The notes under the pieces are model-generated. The model ran no database searches. It worked only from the letters and a program-made list of their open reading frames with translations, and was not told the origin of the DNA. Below, piece after piece: positions 27,290 to 42,009 of a DNA stretch of 64,000 nucleotides. The position numbers were made by a program, and so were the translations under genes. The stretch covers positions 15,128,001 through 15,192,000 of the forward strand of contig OX597835.1 in assembly GCA_951406725.2 (NCBI GenBank), in the 5' to 3' direction. How positions within the stretch are numbered: position 1 is the stretch's first letter; each line of letters begins with the position of its first letter. The stretch is from Octopus vulgaris. Taxonomy: Eukaryota.

Positions 27290-28045
27290 GGTATATCGTC
27301 CCGCTACGCGATTGAAGGCTATGGTGACCACTAGTGACGGTTAATGTAATAGGCACCAAGGCATTTTTTCTTTCAGCGAGTCTTTGTAATGATTAGGCAT
27401 CGCGAAGGTTCTTATTTCTTTACTGCCCACAAGGGGCTATACATAGAGGGGACAAACAAGGACAGACAAAGGAATTAAGCCGACTACGGTTTCATACTTG
27501 TGCCAAAGTTTGAAACCAATAACAACAGTTTACGGAAACACATTCCGTAAAATTCCACAGATTAGATAAAGTTAACATATTTAATACAAGGATAATTAAA
27601 AAGCAAAAATGTACTTTTAGAAGTTAAATAAAAGGAAACCTTATCAATCGCAAGCGTGGTATAACCTCTTAGTTTGTACCATGCTTTCGCTAATTATTTT
27701 AATGCTTATGTAGTAGCGAGCGGACATAGACAGTGTCTTGATCCTTTCAATTTGACCCAGTGAAACATCGGGACCTGACTGCTGGAAGGAATGAGAGCTG
27801 AACCAGGCTGGAACAACTTGTGCCTTATCCGGTTCAGAAATCAAACCACGCTCTCACAATTGTAAGCCAACCAGGCTTCTTCACAGCATTAGAAAGGGTG
27901 GTGGAATTATTTTGAAGTTGTAAGTCATTCTTAAATATCGTTTTCTCTTTCTTGTTTTTATATCTGGTTTGCAAGATTCTTTATATGAATCCGTGTGTTG
28001 AAACAAATTTTGTTGTGTCTAGTGAAAGTCATTATACCAATATCA

Positions 28046-28351
28046 TTAACACACGCACTGGTTCAATTCCACTCCTTTATTATTAGTCAGTTGGTTAAAT
28101 ATCCAACTGACTAATCGACTGTTTAATTTAGTTAAACAATAAGTCATTTGTTTTGTCTTTGATGCTACATTGCAGCCTTTTCAGAGAAAAAGTCATAGAA
28201 AAGGTTGCAAGAAGCAACAAATGAGCTTTAACAAACAAAGCAAAACAAACGACTGTTTAACCAAATTAAACAAACAATCGATTTGCTAGTAAAATATCTA
28301 ACCAATTGAATAATAAAGGACTGGGATTGAACCAGTGCCTGTGTTAATAAT
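28046..28351. repeat. Fold-back element with nested hairpin
   Basis: ATTAACACACGCACTGGTTCAAT... pairs with ...ATTGAACCAGTGCCTGTGTTAAT. Inner hairpin ATTAGTCAGTTGG/CCAACTGACTAAT. Confidence 0.85.
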
Positions 28352-28529
28352 CCTTTCTATTATAGGCACACGGCTTGAAGTTTCTGGGGAGGGGACTAGT
28401 CGATTAAATCAACCCCAGAATTTCACTGGTATTTAATTTATCGTTAGCTGGAAATTATAAACGGTGAGAAAAGAGAAAACTTTCTGTTCAGGGAAAGTCA
28501 TTATGCCCATATTATTAACTCACGCACTA

Positions 28530-28935
28530 AGGCGACGACCTGGTAGAATCGTTAGCCCGCCGGGTGAAATGCTTAGCGGTATTTCGTCTGCCGTTACGTT
28601 CTGAGTTCAAATTCCGCCGAGGTCGACTTTGCCTTTCATCCTTTCGGGGTCGATAAATTAAGTACCATTTACGCACTGGGGTCGATATAATCGACTTAAT
28701 TCGTTCGTTTATCCTTGTTTGTCCTCTCTGCGTTTAGCCCCTTGTGGGTAGTAAAGAAATAGGTATTTCGTCTGTTTTTAAGTACTGAGTTCAAATTCCG
28801 CCGAGGTCAACTTTGCCTCTCATCCTCCCGGGGTCGATAAATTAAGTACCAGTTATGTACTTGGGTCGACCTAATCGACTGACCGCCCCTCCCCAAAAAT
28901 TTCGGGCTTTGTGCCTAGACTAGAAAAGAATATTA
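28530..28935 (+). mobile_element. SINE family B dimer
   Basis: Two cores joined through AAAGAAATAGGTATTTCGTCTG. Confidence 0.85.
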
Positions 28936-30890
28936 TTAACACACACATTTCTTACATGAAGTGCCTTTTACACCCTGACATTCCTACCACCCATTCCTTT
29001 CCTTCATCGTTTCCAGTTTATATTCCAACCATTTCTTTCGCGTCCTCATTCCTCAACCCATGCCCTTGCACTCACAGCCCTCCTCCTACGTCTCAAGAAA
29101 GTTGATTGATGCTTTCTTTGTTAGCTTCTCCGTCCCCTTTCTTACTTTTACGCCCACGCTTCGCTTCTGCTAAATATATACCAAAACACCAATTGCTTTT
29201 ATGGTTCTAATGAACATTCAATCTTAAAGGAATATAGTAAATGTATACGAGCAGAAAATAAAGAAAAAAAAACGGAGAATAGTTTAAAATATATAAATTC
29301 AACACGTGAGTCTGAACGTGCGTGCATGCGTGTGTGTTCGAGCGTGTGTGTGTTCGAGCGTGTGTGTGTTCGAGCGTGTGTGTGTTTGCGCGGACATGTT
29401 TGCGTCCGGGTGCTCGTGTGTGACGGTAAGAGGCGATAGAGAGAGAGAAAAAAAATACAGAGTAGCGCGAAAGTTTATAAAATCTAATGAGCTCCCATCT
29501 CAAATATCAACCCGAGAAATGATTATCCCAAATCTAAATAACGAATGGGGCATAAAATGGAGTTAAGCTTTTGACCAAGTCTCTGGATAAGGTTTCAGAA
29601 ATTAAGATTTATTTCGCGAAACATTCGTTGATCTCTTCAGTTTGGCTCACAGATTTTTTATTTATTCTTTTTGTTACTAAACAGTTTGAAACTTCGTGTA
29701 CTGGTGTAATTTCTCACGCTAAAGACAGTTTACTTTCAACATTTTTGAGAAAAATTTCGTATTTTAGAAGTTATTTCGTGTTAAAGTTGTCGTATTTGGG
29801 TAATTTTAACCAATCAACGACGTGTATTCAGCTGAAGAAACCTACTGCTGTTTGCGATAGTAATCGATGAGCAACAACTTCCGGGTCATCTCTACAAAAT
29901 GTACTTTTCCATTTTATTTTTGTTTACTGCTTGTGTTGCATACTACACGTGGTTGACAAAATACATTTAGCATTTGTTGTTGCTCGACGATTACTATCAC
30001 AAACAGCAGTAGGTTTTGGACGTTGGTGGACGTTGGTGACATTTGAATGCAAAGACGAACGAGATGTTACTAAGCATCTGGTCCGGCTAACGATTCTGCT
30101 AGCAATCCAGCGTGCCATCAGAGTGACACTGGATTATAAATATATGAAGTTCAATATACCCATTGGGGTTTATTATTATGCTAATGAATAACTCTTGTCA
30201 AAAATCCAAGGGAGTTAACCTCGAAATTTTGATTAAAATCATACAAATACGGAGTATAGTAGGGAGTCTATCCCCTATTAAGCAGTGCAGTGATAATTCT
30301 GGATATGTTTCTATCTTATTAGAACCTCATCAACGAAACTTTGCTTAAAAGTAACCGAAAGATATATTGGAATGACAGGGCAAGTGCAGGGCTTTCATAA
30401 AGGGACAATACGTAGCGAAATAGCTTTTAATATTCCTGAGAAAAACATTCCTAATTACTCCTGCTGCTTGAAAAAAAACAATAGTCCTTCCCTCCATTGA
30501 AAGGAAATTAAAGAATTATGTAAATGACTAACTCTGGTTTAAAAAGACATTCGCTGATGAGAACGAATAAAACCGAAACATACCCACAGTTATCTAATGC
30601 TGTTAAGGACTATTATACTCCATCACATTTCCTATTTAATAAATTGCAACTAAATAGATTTCCTCGATTGTCTCCCTTTGTTAGTTTTAATCTGCGTCCT
30701 TCATTTAGCTCATGACTTCTGCTCATCACGAACGTATTAGTTATTAATGCAATACTTGTTAGCTTATTGCATCAAGTATGCTAACGATCACTTTATTATC
30801 AATTATTCATGCAGCCGACGTTTCTGCGCACTGCTCCAAGTCATTCTTTATAATATCTAATATACTATGGATGTCATTTTCTTTCTCTCC

Positions 30891-30939
<49 letters not shown>

Positions 30940-31127
30940 GTGTGTGTGTGTGTGTGTGTGTATGCATGTATGTATATATACATATATATATATACATACA
31001 TATATACACGTACATATATGTATATATACACACACATATATATATATGTATATATACATATATATATACACACATATAGAGAGAGACATAGGTAGACAGA
31101 CAGACAGACGGGCAGACACACAGAAGA

Positions 31128-31485
<358 letters not shown>

Positions 31486-32149
31486 ATAAAGAGAGAGGCA
31501 GATAGAGTGATAGACAGACAGACTGACAAACAGAGAGAGAGAGAGCAGCAAAAGTGTTTGATTAAAGCTTTGCAACGCAGGTCTCTCCTCTCTCCAACAC
31601 TCCACCCACGGATGCCATCCACCACATCATTTTTTAATTAAAATGCATTAGTCAGGTGTCTTCCTCAAACTATCCTTACCCGCCAGATAAAAGCAGCGTA
31701 TTTGGCATGACACTCTCTTGGGGCCACTGGTAATGAATATTAGCTCAGGAACTCTTCGAAGTTTTTTTCAAAAAATATGCATTTAAAAAAATTATTTAAA
31801 ACATAATTTTAAAAATTCAAGTAAAAATTATTAAAGTAGTTTACATCATTGATCCCGATATTTATGACAAATATCACTTCTCTCTCTCCCTCGAGTCCAG
31901 AGACATGTACAAAACCCAACCAAGTGTCAACGGCATTTATTAAAAAAAGCTAGTGAAGGCAGCGACTTGCTCGAATCGCTGGAGTGTCGAAAGCGAAAGG
32001 TTTTATGGGTTTTTTTCTTTTTTACGTTCGTCTTTTTTTTTATTAGTTTGAGTTCAAATCATACCGAGGTTAGCTATATTGTTTCATCTCTTCGGGGCTC
32101 GACAAAACAATGCACCAGCCAAGTGCTGGGCTCGATTAAAAAACAAAAA

Positions 32150-32465
32150 ACACTCCGTCGGCTACGACAACGATTGTCCTAGTTCATCCAATCGACGGAA
32201 CAGCCCTGCTCGTGAAATTAAAGTGCAAGTGGCTGAGAATTCCACAGACATGCATACTCTTAATGTAGTTCTCGGGAGGTTCATCGTGACACAGAATGTG
32301 ACAAGGCCGGCCCCTTTGAGATACAGGTATTACTCATTTTAGCCAGGTGTGGACTAGAGTAACCTCAAATAAAGTTTCTTGCCCAAGGACACAGCATACC
32401 ACCAAGAATCGAACTCATGACAGTGAGCCGAATGCCCTAACCACTAACCACCTCGCCTTCCACAC
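32150..32465 (-). mobile_element. Hybrid SINE: family E-type head/CORE joined to family A tail 1
   Basis: 32150-32328 matches the family A tail; 32330-32465 matches the family E head (TCTTGCCCAAGGACAC...CCCTAACCACT...GCCTTCAC). Confidence 0.7.
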
Positions 32466-34892
32466 TGGAGTCGACTGCATGGTCGAACACTCTTCAGGTT
32501 ACAGCATAACTCCTGCTTTCAGCAACGAGAAGTCGTTTTGGTAGCCCTGTGCGTTCGACGAAGGCGTTCCAGGCGTTTGGGTATTTGGCAAATGATTCCT
32601 TTGAGCTGTTATGTGTTGACAACTGATCTTTGAAGAATCTCGAGCGATTTATTGTTATCTAATATCACAAAACCAATGCGTTGAACCGTCTCAGAAGGAA
32701 ATAAAAGAATTCTTGGCCAAACTGCCATCCACTGGCGATACATTTATCCAACATTCCCCTCGGGCAATGTATCAAGTAGTAATCTGGATGATGGAAATTC
32801 AAACACATTCCGTGATTCCTTCTTCACTGGAATTTAAATAATCTTTTATTCCAGAGGGAGAGCAGTGCTCATAACCTTTTGAAGGGCCTACGAAACTGGT
32901 GGGAGAGAGGAAGGAAGGGAGAGAGAGGAGGGGAAGAGAGTGAAAGAGCACTGTAGCCATAAACTAGAAACCTGGTCTCAGTTCTTGGAACACAGATGCA
33001 TCTCGTGCTTGTAGCTTCTCCCGGTTTAAAGAGATGGTGTTGATGGTGGGGTAAAACTTGCACTTTGTGTGCACTGCAAGGAACACACAGACGTCGGTCG
33101 AAAGTTGAATCACTCTCAGATCATAGAATGTGTCTACCAAGATGGCTACGACATCTCTATTCAAAAAATGAATTTCAATAGTTTTTTCTTTCTTATGCTC
33201 CACTGCTGCATGCAATACGTCAACTAAAACCCTGATGTCCGCCTTCTCGGTTTCGTATGGAAATGCTGGCGCGAACAGACTTCACATCTTGCCCTGATGT
33301 ACCACATACTGCTTTCTGTAGTCTTTCATGGCTAACGCAGTCGCTCGGGTCAAGATGAGAGACTCTTCTGAAAAATTTCGAAACTTCAGAGCAACCTTTC
33401 ATATATTTATTGTCTTCCTTGAAGACGAGAGCCACATAAAAAAACCCGCCACCCCACCTAATATTTTGCTCTCGTACCTCTGGGAGTCGTTCATGAAGAC
33501 GTCCTTTAAACCTGGTGTTGCTGACGAGCTTCTAGCTTCCTGTACATGATGTACCACCTTCACAGAATAAAACCCGAGCAGTTCTCATATAGTTTTGAAG
33601 AAGATTGTTTCTGGAATCACTGATGTCTTAATATAAATGGTCAGTTTTAAAAATGCTTGAGAGGCGTTCGTTTTCTCACCTGGATTCCCCCCCCCCCCAG
33701 GTGTTTGGCTCTGTTTGTCAGGGAGATTACGATTTGATTTCTCACCCTGGCAGACATGTCACGCAGTAATTATTCTGTATTGTAATAGCATTTACTCTCC
33801 CTATTTTCCTCAAGAGCTAGCTGCCCTTCTTTTCCTCTGTAATCAGCTTCTTTGTGCCTGCGTCTCTTGATGGAGAAAAATGTACTTTTCCATTTTATTT
33901 TTGTTTACTGCTTGTGTTGCATACTACACGTGGTTGACAAAATACATTTAGTATTTGTTGTTGCTCTACGATTACTATCGCAAACAGCAGTAGGTTTCAA
34001 ACACTTTCAAATACCCATCTGGAACTTATCTATTTCTTTCAGGACTGTGCACTCGCATCTTCCGTGCCCTTGCAAACTTACAATTTCAGAATTTCAAATA
34101 GAATATCTAAATTTGTTCCAGGAAGCAGAATGAAAAGCAAAGATTCATCATTACCAAAATAGAGTTCTGTAAGCGTCAGTTTAGCGGAAATGTTCTACAT
34201 TGGCAAGGAATAATGTTAGACATTTTTCTCTGTGTCTCTTTATCTGGAACTCTGCAAGAAGTTCTTCAAGTTATGAACACTCTCACTGGAAAACCATTCT
34301 GCGATCCCGGTCTGGCTCTAAGTTGAGTTACGCCGCAAAGACAGCTATGATTAATCGTGTGGCAATTATGACTAAAGGTGTAATAGTTATGACTAACACT
34401 ATACACTTATGACTAATTGTGTATGAATTTCTGAAGGAAATGAAAAAAATATTGTAAACAAACAAATCCTGCATAAGACATTTAGAACTCAAAGACTTCC
34501 GCTGGATTAATTTAAAATTTAAAGAAACACCTTTCAGTGAAATGTTACTTCAAAGGTAAAAATAATCCAACCCTTGAATAGGACTCAAATACTGCGTCCT
34601 TAATGGCACACAACTAGTGTCGCGGTAACGGCCAGATATTCGCTCTGTTTAACCACATTCTACTCATGCCTATACACGATTCCACCCTAAAGCGCACGTA
34701 AAAACCACCCGAAGTAGCAAACGCTGTAATACAAACAAAAAGAAAGCAGCAACATAAATGCATTTTTATTACGGAAATTCTTATAAAACCTTTGATTCGG
34801 TATAAATCAATGAATCGAATTATAATCAATGAATCGAATTAAAAAAAAATCTGTATTAAATGAATGAAAATACAGAATTGAACTCTTCCGTT

Positions 34893-35341
34893 AAATGTGA
34901 AATATTCAAAGCCACAGTCGAACCAATTCTACTATATGGCTCAGAAACCTGGACGTTATCAAAGAAGCTTGAGAGGCGGTTGGATGGAACCTACACTCGC
35001 CTCCTTATGAGAGCTCAAAATCTCTCGTGGAAGCGCCATCCAACCAAAATGCAAATATATGGGAAATTACCACCTGTGTCATCTCTTGTGAAAGGTAGGA
35101 GAGTCCAGTTTGCTGGACATTGTTGTAGAGCTGAAAAAGAAGTAATTTCTACTCTTCTCCTCTGGAAGCCATCTACTCGCAACACCAGAGGGCGCACACT
35201 CTCCTACCCTGATGAATCTCCAGGGATACAGGCATCCAGCAACAGGACCTCCGTAATGCTATGATGGACCGTGAAGTCTGGCGCAACATGGTAAATTCCA
35301 TTGTCTCGACCACGGTCGAACAATGATGATGATGATGATGT
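34893..35341 (+). mobile_element. 5'-truncated RTE-clade LINE
   Basis: IFKATVEPILLYGSETWTL...RRVQFAGHC, typical of the RTE C-terminus; (GAT)n tail; possible short TSD ATGTGA. Confidence 0.9.
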
Positions 35342-36627
35342 GACTCCGCTTTAACGTGTCTTTAAATAATCTCATCTTCATACGACACATATGGCAAAAG
35401 AAAAGCGTTATTGTATAGAAATGTCGGCCATCTTAAATTTTGATGTTTTATAAGCATGATTTTTTGTTAAACTCCCGAAAGCCTCTAGCCTAATGTTAAT
35501 GAATAGATCCTAATGGAGTTTCATAAAAAGTATGGTGCTCTTCTTTTTCTAACTAACGGTTTTCTTTCAATAAAACATTAAGTCACTTGGTTTCAATCAC
35601 TTTTAGTCGAACAGATACTGAACAGAATGAAAAGTGATGTTGTTTTGAAAGTTAATCCTATGATATAATTATTATCTACAGGCCGTAAAGGCGGAAAGTG
35701 CACGGCCTTTTTGTTAAGACGGTGGGCTCACGATTATGAGTTTGTAAGTTCGATTCCTTGACTAGAGAGTGTGTTGAGTCCTTGAGCAAGACATTTCATT
35801 GCTCCAGTCTACACACCTGAGGCTCAATACCTGCCAAGTACTAGTGCAGTTTTCTCTCTCCTTCCTCGCCCTCTCTCTATCTCTCCGCTGGGTCAAAGGT
35901 GAGATGGGTGTCTATGCCTGCTTGCTACGATATAGGCAAATAAAACAATTAGTGGAATCATGGTATTACCTTTCAGGCCATACTGGCTTGCAAGTGACGA
36001 CTATGGCCCATATTTATAAGGCGATACATTGGCAGAATCGTTAGAGCATCAGAAAATGCTTAGGATTAAACTTTGATGTTTTATGGCCCAATGCATTCTA
36101 AGTTCAAATTGATGCTAAACGGACCCAACTTTTCAACCGCTTAGAGTCGATAAAATACACTGTAAATGATTAAAAGAGGTTGATTTAATTAACTTTATCC
36201 TTGCCCTAAATCTGAAACCTCGCATTCATCTCAGACATTCAGTTTCCGCCATGTCTTCGTTCTGTCTTCTGGTGAACATATTATGTCCCTGTGTTTACTG
36301 GTAAACAGTCCACATAAAGGGGGCAATGAAAGTAACAGCGCGTCCCAATGTTAAACTAACGACTTTAACAGACAGGCACGAACGGAGTGTTTATTCTTTC
36401 ATAAACACAGCAAATTAAAGAATCTTCGTCAGACCAAGAACCGCAAATGAGAGCAGTAATACCAAGCTTGCTTCAGTCACCAAAAACGCAAGCCACAGAG
36501 AGAGAGAGAGAGGGCTGTGAGAATGAAAGAAACGAATAACGAGTAATGATTAACGAGTTAAGAGCATGTATGTGTATGTATGTATACATGCACGCACACA
36601 TATATAACTATATATACCTAGACAGGG

Positions 36628-37015
36628 TGGAGGCGCAATGGCCCAGTGGTTAGGGCAGCGGACTCGCGGTCATAGGATCGCGGTTTCGATTCCCAGACCG
36701 GGCGTTGTGAGTGTTTATTGAGCGAAAACACCTAAAAGCTCCACGAGGCTCCGGCAGGGGATGGTGGTGATCCCTGCTGTACTCTTTCACCACAACTTTC
36801 TCTTACTTTTACTTCCTGTTTCTGTTGTACCTGTATTTCAAGGGGCCGGCCTTGTCACTTTCTGTGTCACGCTGAATATCCCCGAGAACTACGTTAAGGG
36901 TACACGTGTCTGTGGAGTGCTCAACCACTTACACGTTAATTTCACGAGCAGGCTGTTCCGTTGATTCGGATCAACCGGAACCCTCGTCGTCGTAACCGAC
37001 GGAGTGCTTCCATCC
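36628..37015 (+). mobile_element. Full-length SINE family A tail 1 with 11-bp TSD
   Basis: TSD ACCTAGACAGG at 36616-36626 and 37016-37026. Confidence 0.93.
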
Positions 37016-37476
37016 ACCTAGACAGGAAAGAGAGAGATGGATATATGCGTATGTGTATACGTATATTATATATATAAATTTTTATATAAATAAGGATAAG
37101 ATCGTTAATTAAAATACCGATCATATCAAGTGGCCAGCATGGGAATAAAATCCTTTATAGGTATTAATTATTATTAGAATTACAATTAAGGGTATTTAAG
37201 AGATACCACCATGATAGAGATAGCAGTCAAAACTTCACTCATATAATATTTCCTATTCCTTGACTGGAGCACCAGGTGAAAAGACAAATAGACAAATAAA
37301 CTAGCAAAAAGTTATTGGATAATCTCAGATCCGGATTTCTGGCTCTCTATAAAAATATACTCTGGATCTACAAATGCAATATCCCTGCATATCTCACATC
37401 TATTTTCATTCCTCCACTTCACTCTGTATTTCATACCTTATCTAAATTAACTATTGCTTAACCATTTTCTCACACC

Positions 37477-37524
37477 GTTTTCGATGAAGGGATATAATAA
37501 ATATCCTAGAAACAGCTGTAAGAC
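37477..37524 (+). ncRNA. Degenerate minimal hammerhead motif in a ~660-bp (TA)-flanked cassette (37085-37745)
   Basis: GTTT-TCGATGA-A-GGGATAT-AATAA-ATATCCT-A-GAAA-CAGCTG-TA-AGAC. 7-bp stem II, palindromic stem III, GUA cleavage triplet; the first core box is mutated. Confidence 0.6.
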
Positions 37525-37847
37525 CTATTTCTAAATATTCTAAAATCTTCACAGCCTTGGTTTTTTTTATCTCATTCTGAAAAAAGAATTTTTTTTATAT
37601 ATACACATGCTGATATATGACCTACGTTGGACTCCTTATTCGCATAATCACCGAACCTGTAGCTTAACTATGGTCTATCCATATCACTTAATCAGCATTA
37701 CCTGATACCTTTGGGTCTTATTAACACCATTACCTCTCATAACCTATATATGTATAGGAAGAGTTTACGAAAAAAACAAGAGACGAAAACAGGGTGTGTA
37801 CAAAACAAATAAATGTATTAGTATAACGCTCAGGAATAGAAAAAGTC

Positions 37848-37881
37848 TTTTACGTTTCGAGCCTACGCTCTTCTACAGAAA
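37848..37881 (-). ncRNA. Minimal hammerhead variant motif in cassette 37755-37912
   Basis: TTT-CTGTAGA-A-GAGC-GTAG-GCTC-GAAA-CG-TA-AAA; the core reads CUGUAGA (A6 replaced by U). Confidence 0.6.
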
Positions 37882-37921
37882 TGGACACAGAAGAAACAAG
37901 GAGAGAAAAAATATATATCTG

Positions 37922-37978
<57 letters not shown>

Positions 37979-38054
37979 AGAGAGAGGGGGAGAAAGAGAT
38001 AGACAGACAGGCAGAGAGAAACACTGACAGACAGACAAATCGATTAGTAGATTG

Positions 38055-38109
<55 letters not shown>

Positions 38110-38602
38110 CGAAATAAAATCAAACGCTTATTTTTGAGAATTAATATCTTTTAATATCGTAAATATTTGAAAAATTTTTAATATAAAAGAACCTTAACTG
38201 TTCGCCAGTTCATAGTAGGCTGAACGAAAAGAATTACACACACGCACACACACACGCGTAGATGCAAATATACATACATATATACATATATACATATATA
38301 CATATATGCATACACATCGGCGTTCATATGCATACATGCGTGTGAATGTACGTATCTGCGTGCGTGTGTGTGTGTGCATGTGTGTGTGTGCATGTGTGTG
38401 TGTGCATGTGTGTGTGTAGCTTACAAACATTTCAATAAAAAATTTACTTTCGATTCCTAAATGAAAAGCGTTCTATTTACGGAATGAAATCCGGGGCAAA
38501 ATATTGTATCAAACCCTCAAATGGAAACGGCAGCCATTATTATTAAAAACTGACAAAATACAAAACAAAAAATAGTAGCTGGAAAAGTAGGTCAGAATAT
38601 AT

Positions 38603-38657
<55 letters not shown>

Positions 38658-38958
38658 ACACACGCATATATATATATTCTTTTATGCTTTTCCTTTTAGT
38701 TGTTTCACGCATTTGGCTGCGGCCATGCTGGAGCACTGCCTCTTTTTAGTCCAACAAATCGACCCCGGGAGTTATTTGTAAGCCTAGTACTTACTCTATC
38801 GGTACACTTTTGCCGAACCGGTAATGTTACGGGGACCTAAACACACCAGCATCGGTTGTCAAGCGGTGGTGGCGGGGGGGGGGGACAGACATAGAAACAC
38901 ACAAATGTATGCAAACACACACACATATATATACATATGTATATGTATGTAAATATAC

Positions 38959-39005
<47 letters not shown>

Positions 39006-39067
39006 TTCATATGTATATATATGCATATGTATAAGTATATATATATACATATGTATATGTATGTATC

Positions 39068-39105
<38 letters not shown>

Positions 39106-39110
39106 TAGAC

Positions 39111-39211
<101 letters not shown>

Positions 39212-39606
39212 TGTGTGTATGCATATAAAAGAAGCTGAGATAAATCAGAGTGCCCTGTGGCATGATTTTGAACAACAAAATTGAATAATGGAATCATTTT
39301 ATGTTAAACATAACGAAATAAATTCTTGCTTTGTTGAATATTGAAATTAACTCTGCCCGGTGTGAGTCAATTAGGAGCAACTTCAAATCAGAAGGGCAGA
39401 TAATCGCAAAAATAGTCAATTTTGTGTATCATTTAATCTCCTTCGTATCACGTAATACGAGTCTTTAGCAGAAGACATTTTCCCAAGGTGTCACGCAGTG
39501 GGACTGAACCCAGGACCATGTGGTTGCGGAGCAAGCTTTTTGCCACACAGCCACGCCTGCGTATTATAAAAAATTTGTAAAACAACAAAATGGAATGAAC
39601 CGTCTT

Positions 39607-39701
<95 letters not shown>

Positions 39702-41375
39702 TTCTTTGTGTCCCCACTCTCTTGACAAGAGGCGTTAGTTTGTTTACGTTTGTTTGTGTATCAGTTCGGCAAAAGAATACTGATAAAAAGACAGATAGAT
39801 ATATTTCTTTAAACAAGGACAGACAAACGGATTATGTCGATTATATCGACCCAGTGCGTAACTGGTACTTAATTTATCAACCCTGAAGGGATGAAAGGCA
39901 AAGTCGACCTCGGCGGAATTTGAACTCAGAAGGTAACGGCTACGCATTTCACCCGGCGTGCTAACGTTTCTGCCAAACAGGGTAATAGATAGATAGAGGA
40001 AGAAAGAAACAGTCAGATAAATAGACAGACAGACAGAAAGCTAGGTAGGTAGGTAAGTAGGTAGGTAGATAAAGTGGTGTGAAGGCTATTGAATGTACAG
40101 AATTTGGGGCTGTAGGTAGAAGGAAATATGTAAGTTGTAAAGAAACTATCTGAACCAATAAACTAGTTTAACACTACAGTTTGTGTTACAGGTGTTAGAC
40201 GGAGTCTGGCAAATGGTAAGGGAACCCAGAAACTAGAGAAAATAGGCCAGAAGGGATAAAGGAATAATAGATTGCTATGGTTTAGGAGAGAAACAACGGA
40301 TAAAAATAATATAGAGATATATAAAGAAACAAAGATAAGAGGATGGGAAGAAATTGGTACGCGCTGTCAAGCACCAGACTGTTTATGATGGTGGGATAAC
40401 GTCTGGCTTTGATAGACTTCAGTAAAAATTGAAGTTAAAAATGGCTGCTACTCCGGTGCCAGTTGTTTTTATTAGCTAGAGGCATGCTGGTAGAATAGTA
40501 TGTCGGGGAAATAGCGGTAAGAGAGAAGGGTTTTATTTTTTGCTTTTAGTTTTTTCGGGGTTTTTTTTTCGAATAATTTTAGTTCAGTTAGTGAGAGAGA
40601 GACCAGCTTAACCATGCCTGCTGAAACATCCAGTAAAAGCTAGGCTTAAAAAGAGGAACGAGAAATGAAAAAAAAAAAAAAAAGGAAATAGGGAAGAATG
40701 TTAATGGCAATGAAATAGAGCAAGCACGCATCGTGAGTCTGACCCACTCCGCTTCTATTCCATCCGTTCCTGCATCATTATCACAAACAGCAGCAACATT
40801 AGTGACTACAGCAACAGGCAAGAGCAAGAATACTTAAAATACAGAAAGTAAATTGAAAATATACAGCTGGACTTCATTAACACCAACGATTCTTTTTTTC
40901 AGTTCTTTTGTAGCGATTTTTTTCTTTTTGTTTTTCTCGTCTGCTTTAATTGAAATTAAGATATTAAAAAAAAATCGTTGAAAAATGTTGAAAAATGTTG
41001 AAAAATTTGGAAAATTTGAAGAACGAAACTTGGAAATTGTGTCATTTATCCTCTACTATTCTTACAGAATTTTTTTAGAGTATTGTAAAACGTAGAATGT
41101 CATAAGAAGTAACAGTATGATAATTTCGTTTGGTCTCGAAAAGAATATGGCGAACAGATGTTAAGTAAAGCGATAATAGATTGATGGGTTTAAATAGAAA
41201 AAAGAATTATAGAACAACACGCTCATTGAGTTAAAAGAATCGCTACCGAGACAAATGAATTCTTTATTAATTCCATTTTTTCCTTCCATTTCTCTTGGCG
41301 TGTTTCAGTCGTGCCCCACGCTGGGGGTAGTATTTTGAAGGGTTTTACATCGAACAGTTTGATCCCAGCAACTTT

Positions 41376-41416
41376 TTATTGTTATTATTATCATTATTAT
41401 TATTATTATTATTATT

Positions 41417-41484
<68 letters not shown>

Positions 41485-41492
41485 TATTATTA

Positions 41493-41526
<34 letters not shown>

Positions 41527-41573
41527 CATCATCATCATCATCATCATCATCGTCATCATCATTATTATTATTA

Positions 41574-41607
<34 letters not shown>

Positions 41608-41710
41608 CATCATCATCATCATCATTATAATTATTATTATTATCATCATCATTATAATTATTATTATTATTATCATTATTATTATCATTATTATTATTAT
41701 TATTATTATT

Positions 41711-41778
<68 letters not shown>

Positions 41779-41789
41779 TATTATTATTG

Positions 41790-41866
<77 letters not shown>

Positions 41867-41867
41867 T
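41376..41867. repeat. Compound (ATT)n/(ATC)n trinucleotide microsatellite
   Basis: Direct reading; source of the poly-Y/H and poly-M/I pseudo-ORFs. Confidence 0.97.
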
Positions 41868-42009
41868 GTAATTAAACTGGTTCGTATTCTACAGGTCTCT
41901 TGTGCCGAACTACAAAATTACAAAACAAACACCGGTTGCCAAGCGGTGTATGGTGGAGGCCACAAACGTAAACACAAAGAAACACACACGCGCACTCACA
42001 CACATGCAT

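Noticed and set aside
30551-30590. CTGATGAG...CGAAAC hammerhead-like spacing
   Set aside because: Stem II has only one pair and stem I does not form; at best a heavily decayed copy.
40000-40590. Possible second solo LTR
   Set aside because: Could not define matching TG...CA termini or a TSD.
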